From contig NZKB01000026.1 of NCBI GenBank assembly GCA_002692425.1, positions 1 through 40,016 on the forward strand: a stretch of 40,016 nt of DNA, in the 5' to 3' direction. Shown piece by piece: positions 27,513 through 35,025 of the stretch. The notes beneath the pieces were generated by a model, which worked only from the letters and a program-made list of their open reading frames with translations, was not told the origin of the DNA and searched no databases. The stretch comes from Gammaproteobacteria bacterium (lineage in GTDB: Bacteria > Pseudomonadota > Gammaproteobacteria > Magnimaribacterales > TMED112). The stretch's first letter is position 1, and each line of letters opens with the position of its first letter. A program made the position numbers and the translations under genes.

Positions 27513-28764
27513 TATAACGCAGTTAAAAGATAATTTAGATCAATACAAAAAAAAGTTGAAATCTAAAGGTTATGCAGGAAATCTTGATGACATCTTATCT
27601 AAAAATGAAGCTAAAAATAACATCCAAGTAAAACTTGATGAGATTAAAAATACAAAAAATACCTTATCAAAAGAAATTGGCGTATTAGCTCAGAAAGGTG
27701 CATCAATAGATACACAAAAGAAAGAGTCTGATTCTCTATCAAATGAAATAGAAATATTACAAAAGGATTTTGATGTTCTGAAAAATACACTTGAAGAAGA
27801 AATACTTTCTATACCAAATATCCCAGATGATGATGTGCCTGAGGGCATAGATGATTCATCTAACCTTGAGCTTGAACAAATAGTCTATAAACAGTTAGAC
27901 AATGGTCCAGATCATGTAGAGATTGGTGAACTCTTGGGCCTGTTAGATTTTGAAACGGCAAATAAATTAAGTGGCTCAAGATTTGTTGTCTTAGAAGGTA
28001 AATTAGCTCAATTACAGAGAGCTTTATTAAGGTTCATGTTGGATGAAGCAGAATCCAATGGTTACACCGAATACTATGTGCCCTACATAGTTAATTCAGA
28101 AAGCTTGATAGGCACTGGCCAATTACCAAAATTTGAGGAAGATCAATTTAGTGTGGGGGAGGGTAAATATTTAATACCAACAGCAGAAGTGCCTTTAACA
28201 AATTTATATCGTAATGAATCAATAGAGGCAGATAAACTTCCAATACAGATGACTGCACATACCCCTTGTTTTAGGGCGGAAGCTGGTAGTTATGGTAAAG
28301 ATACTAGAGGGATGATTCGTCAGCATCAATTTGAAAAAGTTGAATTAGTTAAATTTGTAAACGCACATGAATCAGATAAAGCTTTAGATGAGTTGGTTGG
28401 TCATGCTTCGAACATTTTAGATAAATTGGAACTTTCATATAGGAAGGTTGTTTTGTGTACGGGTGATCTAGGTTTTTCTGCTGCAAAAACAATTGATTTA
28501 GAAGTATGGCTGCCATCACAAAACTGTTTTAGAGAGATTTCATCATGTAGTAATTTTAGAGACTTTCAAACTAGAAGGATGAATACCAAAATAAAGGATG
28601 GTTCGTTAAAATCATATCCACATACCTTAAATGGTTCAGCTCTGGCTGCTGGAAGAACACTTTTGGCTGTTTTAGAGAATTATTACGAAAAAGGCGTAGG
28701 TGTTCATATACCAAAGGTTTTAGGTCCTTATTTAAACTTCAACATAATTGAAACTAAAAAATAG
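27505..28764 (+). CDS. serS: Seryl-tRNA synthetase
   Basis: N-terminal coiled-coil arm and class II motifs (FRAEAGSYGKDTRGMIRQHQFEKVE; GSALAAGRTLLAVLENY). Confidence 0.95.
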   Translation: MIDITQLKDNLDQYKKKLKSKGYAGNLDDILSKNEAKNNIQVKLDEIKNTKNTLSKEIGVLAQKGASIDTQKKESDSLSNEIEILQKDFDVLKNTLEEEILSIPNIPDDDVPEGIDDSSNLELEQIVYKQLDNGPDHVEIGELLGLLDFETANKLSGSRFVVLEGKLAQLQRALLRFMLDEAESNGYTEYYVPYIVNSESLIGTGQLPKFEEDQFSVGEGKYLIPTAEVPLTNLYRNESIEADKLPIQMTAHTPCFRAEAGSYGKDTRGMIRQHQFEKVELVKFVNAHESDKALDELVGHASNILDKLELSYRKVVLCTGDLGFSAAKTIDLEVWLPSQNCFREISSCSNFRDFQTRRMNTKIKDGSLKSYPHTLNGSALAAGRTLLAVLENYYEKGVGVHIPKVLGPYLNFNIIETKK

Positions 28765-28846
28765 TTACAAGAATTTCACATAACTGTTAACTCTTCTTCT
28801 TCTTTAGTTATAAAATAGAATTAGTATCGATGTTGAGAGGTATTTT

Positions 28847-31800
28847 ATGAAAAAAATTCTTTTATCGCTTAGTTTAGCGGTAGTATCGTTGTTTGCAGTA
28901 TCACAAGTTGACGTTAGGGCGTCTATTAAGGGTAATGTAACCGATAGCTCAGGACCTGTAAGTGGTGCTGAAGTTGTCGTAGTTTATACACCAACGGGAT
29001 CTACAGATCGTGCTTTAACAAATGCAGATGGTGCTTTCGTTGTTAACAACTTAGCGCCTGGTGGGCCTTATACAGTTTCTGTTACAAAGCCTGGTTATGC
29101 TGATGCAAAAGCATCTGATGTATTCACAAAATTTAGTGAAACATCAAGTGTTGATGTGTTTATGGCAGCTGAATTTGAAGAGGTTGTAGTTAGTGCACAA
29201 GCTCTTGAAAGCACAATAAGATTTGGAAATGGTTCTGTCTTTGGTGAAGATGTAATTGATGGTTTGCCATCTACTGATAGAGGTATTCAAGACATTGCTT
29301 CTCTAGATCCTAGAGTTGCAGTTGGTCAATCTGAGGACTTCTTCTCACTTTCTGTTATGGGTAGTAACCCAAGAACAAATGACATTACTATTGATGGTGT
29401 TTCTGTTAATGATGCGTTTGGTCTTAACGATAGTGGTCAACCTACATTGAGAAACTCCTTCTCAATTGAAACTGTCAAACAGCTTTCAGTTGATGTTGTT
29501 CCTTTTGATGCATCAAGAGGTGGTTTCACAACAGGTAGTGTTAATGCTGTGACTAAATCTGGAACAAATGAATTTGAAGGTGACTTCTATGTTTATAACA
29601 GAGATGAAGGAATGGTTGGAACAGATGCCTTTGGTAATGATCCAGATGTCTTTAATGAAGATACAGTTGGTTTCAGTGCTGGTGGTCCAATTATAAAAGA
29701 TAAGTTGTTCTTTTATTTCAACCATGAAGCTTTTGAGCAAACTTACCCTTCATTCTATGGTCCAGTCGGAAGTGGCGCGACTAATGAAGCATATTATGTT
29801 ACGCAAGCTTTAGTTGACAGAGTAATTGCTTCAGCGCAAAGTCTCTATGGCTTAGATATTGGTAATTACAATTCAGAACAAAACAATCAATCTGAAAATA
29901 CATTCCTTAAATTAAATTATCTTATTAATGATAATCATGAAGCAGAAATGTCTTATATAGACACTACTTCTAACCTTGTTAAAGTTAGAGGTAACCCACC
30001 TTTTGGTTTTGCTTTAGATTCACAATGGTACGATGATCAACAAGCTGTTGAAGTTCTAACCACTAAATTATTTAGTGACTGGAGTGATAAACTTTCAACA
30101 CAGTTTACTTATTCAACAAGAACACAAACTGACAATCAAGACCCTGTAAGAGGTGATGATATGCCATCTGTGTCTATCGTTATAAATAATGGCGATGGTT
30201 CATGTGTTGGTAGCTCAAACTGTACAAACCCATTTAGAACTATTTGGGGTTCAGCTAGAAGCGGACAGTATGAAACCTTAAGATTCGGTCAAGACCAGTT
30301 TAGATACAACAATGAAATTATCATTGATTCAACTCAATTCTCATTCAAAGGATTTTATGCAGCAGCAGCTGATCATAATGTCACATTTGGATATGAATCA
30401 AGTTCAGAAGATATCTATAACTCATTCAGAGTTTGTGGTGGTGGTTGTTATGGTTTCTCAGGCATAGATGCTTTTGAAGCTGGAACTCCAATCTACTACT
30501 TGCTTGAAGGTGGTGTAGGTGGTGTCATCAACGGTGATGCAGCTGAATGGAGACTTGATAAATCTTCAATGTACATTCAAGACGAGTGGAGTGTTAATGA
30601 CAAATTAAATGTATTAATTGGTTACAGAATTGATAATACAGAAACAAATACTACACCAAATGCTAACGCTGATTATCTGGCTGCAACAGGATACAGAACT
30701 GATGTCGCTATAGATGATACAGTCACAGCAGGCAGATTTGGCTTTGATTATGATGCAACTGACGCATTCTTTGATTATTTCTTAGGTGGCAGAACTTATG
30801 ACTGGCTTCCAGTTGAAGCTGTTACTATGAGAGGTGGTTACGGTAAATTTGTTGGTAGATTACCAAATGTTTGGATTTCAAACTCATTCAGTAATGATGG
30901 TGGAATCAACAAAGCTGAGTTTGAAGCTTTCACATTTGATGGTACACCAATTGATGGCGTAATCTTTGACCCAAATGCTAATGATCAAAGTAGAGTCGAT
31001 AGATTAACCACATCTGCTGGTGGAGACGTTAACTCTCTTGATCCAGATTTTGGTTTACCTATATCAGATAGACTTGCTTTAGCTTTCGATTTTGATTTGA
31101 CTGATAATATGTTTCTTGGCGTCGAATACAATAAAGATAGTGTTGATAGAAATTTTGCTTACATTGATCCTGCTTTAGAAGGAAATGTAGCTGGTACATT
31201 ACCAGATGGCAGAACTTACTATAATAATAGTGAGGGTGATCTTCACACTACATTTACTGACCTAGGTCAAACAACTTCATGGTCATACAAATTTACAAAA
31301 TCTTGGTTTGATAACAAGTTGAAACTTTACTTAGCTTATTCAGATACTGAAGCAGAGGATGTTTTTGCTACTGGTTCTTCAACTCAAGGATCAAACTACG
31401 GAAAATATGTAACTTGTAATAACCAGTTCTATCCTAATCTATGTACTAAGCCTTCATTATGGGGTGCTAGTGAAAGATATGTTGGAACTCTTGATTACAC
31501 TGCAGATTTCTTCGGAGCTGAAAATCCAACAAGATTTTACCTATACTGGTTAAGAGAATCAGGTAGACCGTTTAGTTATACTTATGATTCAAACATCATA
31601 GGCGATGGCTATAGAGATGAAAGAGATCTATGGTACGTTCCAACAGGACCTGGTGACCCATTAGTATCATTTAGTGATGGTACAGGAGATGCCTTTTACG
31701 CTTTCGTTGATAAATACTTAAGCGATTATAAAGGGCAAGTTGCTCCAGCTAATGCGTTCCAATCTCCTTGGAAAACAAGAATGGATCTTAAAATTACGCA

Positions 31801-32071
31801 AGAAATTGCTCTTCCTGACACACCGTATGTAGGTGATGCTAAGGCAGAACTATTCCTTGATATTTATAACTTCGGTAATTTATTAGACGATGAGAACGGT
31901 CAGATTTATGATGCTGGCTATCTTGGAGTTACCAAAAGCTTAGATGTAGTTGTCAACGCTGACAATACTTATACATATTCAAACTTTGATGATGGACACC
32001 TTCGTTACAGAAATGGTTCAAGATTTGTCTCAGTTTGGAAAGCTATGATTGGCTTTAAACTAAGCTTCTAA
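28847..32071 (+). CDS. Large TonB-dependent receptor with N-terminal carboxypeptidase-regulatory-like domain (Oar-like)
   Basis: Signal peptide, then a CarboxypepD_reg-like segment (GNVTDSSGPVSGAEVVVVYTPTGSTDRALTNADGAFVVNNLAPGGPYTVSVTKPGYA), a plug (ITIDGVSVND, VVPFDASRGGFTTGSVNAVTKSGTNEF), a barrel of more than 800 aa, and a terminal Phe (IGFKLSF). Confidence 0.9.
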   Translation: MKKILLSLSLAVVSLFAVSQVDVRASIKGNVTDSSGPVSGAEVVVVYTPTGSTDRALTNADGAFVVNNLAPGGPYTVSVTKPGYADAKASDVFTKFSETSSVDVFMAAEFEEVVVSAQALESTIRFGNGSVFGEDVIDGLPSTDRGIQDIASLDPRVAVGQSEDFFSLSVMGSNPRTNDITIDGVSVNDAFGLNDSGQPTLRNSFSIETVKQLSVDVVPFDASRGGFTTGSVNAVTKSGTNEFEGDFYVYNRDEGMVGTDAFGNDPDVFNEDTVGFSAGGPIIKDKLFFYFNHEAFEQTYPSFYGPVGSGATNEAYYVTQALVDRVIASAQSLYGLDIGNYNSEQNNQSENTFLKLNYLINDNHEAEMSYIDTTSNLVKVRGNPPFGFALDSQWYDDQQAVEVLTTKLFSDWSDKLSTQFTYSTRTQTDNQDPVRGDDMPSVSIVINNGDGSCVGSSNCTNPFRTIWGSARSGQYETLRFGQDQFRYNNEIIIDSTQFSFKGFYAAAADHNVTFGYESSSEDIYNSFRVCGGGCYGFSGIDAFEAGTPIYYLLEGGVGGVINGDAAEWRLDKSSMYIQDEWSVNDKLNVLIGYRIDNTETNTTPNANADYLAATGYRTDVAIDDTVTAGRFGFDYDATDAFFDYFLGGRTYDWLPVEAVTMRGGYGKFVGRLPNVWISNSFSNDGGINKAEFEAFTFDGTPIDGVIFDPNANDQSRVDRLTTSAGGDVNSLDPDFGLPISDRLALAFDFDLTDNMFLGVEYNKDSVDRNFAYIDPALEGNVAGTLPDGRTYYNNSEGDLHTTFTDLGQTTSWSYKFTKSWFDNKLKLYLAYSDTEAEDVFATGSSTQGSNYGKYVTCNNQFYPNLCTKPSLWGASERYVGTLDYTADFFGAENPTRFYLYWLRESGRPFSYTYDSNIIGDGYRDERDLWYVPTGPGDPLVSFSDGTGDAFYAFVDKYLSDYKGQVAPANAFQSPWKTRMDLKITQEIALPDTPYVGDAKAELFLDIYNFGNLLDDENGQIYDAGYLGVTKSLDVVVNADNTYTYSNFDDGHLRYRNGSRFVSVWKAMIGFKLSF

Positions 32072-32089
32072 TAGATTTTCGATACTATC

Positions 32090-32119
32090 AAAGGGCAGTT
32101 TAGGCTGCCCTTTTTTTTT
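32090..32119 (+). terminator. Rho-independent terminator of the Oar-like receptor gene
   Basis: A 9-bp stem, AAAGGGCAG (32090-32098) paired with CTGCCCTTT (32105-32113), with a 6-nt loop. The T run covers 32111-32119 (9 T). It begins 19 nt after the stop codon. Confidence 0.8.
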
Positions 32120-32134
32120 ATTCCAAGATACCGG

Positions 32135-32140
32135 TATAAT
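32135..32140 (+). promoter_or_regulatory. Consensus -10 hexamer TATAAT, 5 nt upstream of the oxygenase ATG
   Basis: A perfect TATAAT lies at 32135-32140, downstream of the terminator and a T-rich tract. The ATG is at 32146. No good -35 hexamer is visible at 17-bp spacing. Confidence 0.3.
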
Positions 32141-32145
32141 GTATC

Positions 32146-33009
32146 ATGCATAAAATTCCTACTATTTCTTACAATGATCTTGTAACTACTAATAAGGATG
32201 TTTTAGATTTTCTTACGTCATCTCTTGAGAATAACGGGTTTTTTGTAATAAATGATCATCCAATAGACCTCAATCTTATAAACAGAACTTTTGATATTGC
32301 TGAAGAGATGTTTAGTCTGCCCTATGAAACAAAAAATAAATACCATGTTCCGGGGACAAATGGCGCTCGGGGATATACTCCCTACGGAATAGAAACAGCA
32401 TTAAACGAAAAAGTAGCAGATCAAAAAGAATTTTGGCATCAAGGATCAACAACAAATGATGGATTGCTGCCGAATATTTATATAGATGAAGTAAAAAATT
32501 TTAATGATCTCGATGTTCTCTATAAAGAGTTTGAAAATATGGGTGTTGAAATTTTAAAAGCATTTACAAATTTTAATTTAGACTATAATTCAGACATTGG
32601 AGATGCTGCTAAAAATGGTAACTCTATTCTACGATTAATACATTACCCCCCAACAGATGGATCAAATCAACATAGAGCTAGAGCCCACAATGATGTCAAT
32701 CTTATTACACTCCTAATTGGAGGCAATGAAGCAGGGCTTGAAGCACAAGACAAAAAAGGGAATTGGGTTGAATGCAATTGCAATGAAAATGAAATAATTT
32801 GCAACATAGGAGATATGCTCGAAATTATTTCAAACGAGAAATTAAATAGCACTCCTCACAGGGTTGTATCAAAAGGCAATGAAGGGAAATCTAGATACAG
32901 TATTCCTTTTTTCTTACATCCTAGGCCAGAAGTAATGTTGAACACGAAAAAAACATTAACTGCAGATCAATTTTTAACTAAAAGACTCCAAGATATTAAA
33001 CTTAATTAA
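32146..33009 (+). CDS. 2-oxoglutarate/Fe(II)-dependent oxygenase (isopenicillin-N-synthase-like family)
   Basis: LRLIHYPP, an HxD iron triad in RAHNDVNLITLL, a distal His in STPHRV, and RYSIPFF (2OG-binding Arg-x-Ser). Confidence 0.85.
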   Translation: MHKIPTISYNDLVTTNKDVLDFLTSSLENNGFFVINDHPIDLNLINRTFDIAEEMFSLPYETKNKYHVPGTNGARGYTPYGIETALNEKVADQKEFWHQGSTTNDGLLPNIYIDEVKNFNDLDVLYKEFENMGVEILKAFTNFNLDYNSDIGDAAKNGNSILRLIHYPPTDGSNQHRARAHNDVNLITLLIGGNEAGLEAQDKKGNWVECNCNENEIICNIGDMLEIISNEKLNSTPHRVVSKGNEGKSRYSIPFFLHPRPEVMLNTKKTLTADQFLTKRLQDIKLN

Positions 33010-33011
33010 AT

Positions 33012-34223
33012 ATGGAATATTATCTTCAAATACTATTGGGTTTATTTATCTTAATAGGCGTTGTTGTCCCACTTTCTACAAACATAAAAGCCATCAGTAT
33101 TAAAAATATTGTCGCAGCAATCGTTGTGATGATTTTATTTGGTTTTATCCTACTAAATGATTATGTAGCCGGGTTTTTTGAAATTATTAGTGCAGGTGTA
33201 GCTAAACTCTCATCTGCAACAGCAGATGGTACTGCATTTGTATTTGGATCACTTTTTGAACAACATCCTTATGCTTTCGCATTAAACGTTTTACCTTTAA
33301 TAATTGTTATGTCTACATTAAGTGCTTTGCTATGGCACTGGAGGATACTACCAATGGTTATAAAAGGTCTTTCATATGTATGTGAGAAACTATTTAATCT
33401 AGGTGGCCCAATATCGTTCGGTGCAGCTGCTAATGTCTTTGTTGGTCAAGTTGAAGCACCGTTATTTGTAAAACCGTACCTCTCTAAAATGAGTAAAAAA
33501 GAATTATTAATTCTTATGACGGCAGGCATGGCTACAGTGTCTGGATCCGTCATGATTGCTTTAGCAGGGGTGTTAGAAAATCAGTTTGTTGGTATCAATA
33601 TAGTTCAACATTTTCTCACTGCATCAATATTGTCTATTCCGGGTGCGATTATGTACGCTGAGATAATGTATCCATCGAACGACATTACCCACCACATTGA
33701 AGATGCAAAAGAAGAAAAAATTTACGCGGGGTCGATGGACGCAATTACTAAAGGAACGAAGGATGGGCTCAATATTGCTGTTAATGTTGCGGCAATTTTG
33801 ATTTCAATACTGGCACTAGTATCTATAGTTGATGGTGCATTGGATCTTTTAATATCTGGTATGTCCTTACAAAAAATACTCGGCTATATCTTTGCACCAA
33901 TTTGTTGGCTTCTGGGAGTACCATGGTCAGAAGCACCGTCAGCAGCTGAATTATTAGGCCTTAAATTAGCCACGAATGAATTTGTAGCATACATACAATT
34001 AGGTGAATTAGAACCAGAATTTTTTAGTGATAGAACAAAGGTTATTTTACTTTATGCGTTGTGTGGTTTTGCTAACTTCTCAAGTGTTGGGATTTTAATC
34101 TCAGGAATTGGCGCAATGGCACCAGAAAGAACTGGAGATCTAATTGATGTTTCAATTAAAGCTTTAGTTGGTGCTACTTTGGCATCTTGTTTAACAGGAT
34201 TAGTAGCCGGATTATTTGTTTAA
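33012..34223 (+). CDS. nupC: NupC/CNT-family concentrative nucleoside transporter
   Basis: Multi-TM protein carrying CNT-conserved blocks (GAAANVFVGQVEAPL, MTAGMATVSGSVM, KLATNEFVAY, CGFANFSSVGILISGIG). Confidence 0.9.
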   Translation: MEYYLQILLGLFILIGVVVPLSTNIKAISIKNIVAAIVVMILFGFILLNDYVAGFFEIISAGVAKLSSATADGTAFVFGSLFEQHPYAFALNVLPLIIVMSTLSALLWHWRILPMVIKGLSYVCEKLFNLGGPISFGAAANVFVGQVEAPLFVKPYLSKMSKKELLILMTAGMATVSGSVMIALAGVLENQFVGINIVQHFLTASILSIPGAIMYAEIMYPSNDITHHIEDAKEEKIYAGSMDAITKGTKDGLNIAVNVAAILISILALVSIVDGALDLLISGMSLQKILGYIFAPICWLLGVPWSEAPSAAELLGLKLATNEFVAYIQLGELEPEFFSDRTKVILLYALCGFANFSSVGILISGIGAMAPERTGDLIDVSIKALVGATLASCLTGLVAGLFV

Positions 34224-34801
34224 ATTAATCCTGTAATCTTTCTGTAATGTTTTCGACAATAAACTTTGTAATTATCTCCACCAATAAAAACTTTTTCACC
34301 CTCTGTAACTAAATTCCCATCAACAAAACGGGCAACCATTGTCGCTTTACGCGTACAATTCTCATATTCACAAATTGTTTTTAACTCAACTAAATTATCT
34401 GCATAGGCTAACAAGTGCATACTACCTGAAAAAAGTTCTCCTCTGAAATCCGTTCTTATTCCGTAACACATTACAGGGATATTGTATGTATCGCATACTT
34501 TACATAATTCTTTAACTTGTAATTCTGTTAAAAATTGAGCTTCATCAACCAAAATACATGCTATTTGTTGATTTTTTTTATCCTTAAAAAAAGAGTAGAA
34601 ATTAAAACTTTCATCAAAGACATTTGCTTTATGTTGTACACCTAATCGAGAATGAATGTTTCCTTGATGCTGCTGAGCATCAACTTTTGGTGTAAATATA
34701 AAAGTTTTAAGATTTCTAACTTTATAGTTATGATTTGACTGAAGCAGTGAAGTAGATTTACCTGCATTCATGGTTGAATAATAAAAATGTAATTTAGCCA
34801 A
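34220..34801 (-). CDS. tdk: Thymidine kinase
   Basis: YSTMNAGKSTSLLQ P-loop, VDEAQFL, and C-terminal zinc-ribbon cysteines (CEYENCTRKA..VYCRKHY). The apparent start is TTG (reverse complement of 34799-34801). Confidence 0.95.
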   Translation of the reverse strand: MAKLHFYYSTMNAGKSTSLLQSNHNYKVRNLKTFIFTPKVDAQQHQGNIHSRLGVQHKANVFDESFNFYSFFKDKKNQQIACILVDEAQFLTELQVKELCKVCDTYNIPVMCYGIRTDFRGELFSGSMHLLAYADNLVELKTICEYENCTRKATMVARFVDGNLVTEGEKVFIGGDNYKVYCRKHYRKITGLI

Positions 34802-34803
34802 GG

Positions 34804-34920
34804 TTAGTCTTTATTTTTCTTGAATAAGTTCTTGATATTTAAACCTTTTGGTCTTGCTTCTAGAAAAATATAAACCGTGATGAAAACTAAACTTACAAGA
34901 AAAACGTATACTCCGTCCAT
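34804..34920 (-). CDS. 38-aa single-TM micro-ORF immediately upstream of tdk (speculative)
   Basis: Translation: MDGVYVFLVSLVFITVYIFLEARPKGLNIKNLFKKNKD. Its stop codon lies 2 nt from the tdk start. No Shine-Dalgarno sequence is visible. Confidence 0.25.
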   Translation of the reverse strand: MDGVYVFLVSLVFITVYIFLEARPKGLNIKNLFKKNKD

Positions 34921-35025
34921 TGGAGTATTGTAAATGTTTTATTAGTGTTTATATAAAAAAAAGCCGATATATTTACAATTTATTAGTAGAATATCATTAA
35001 TCGATTAACTTTAATTTTTAAATCT

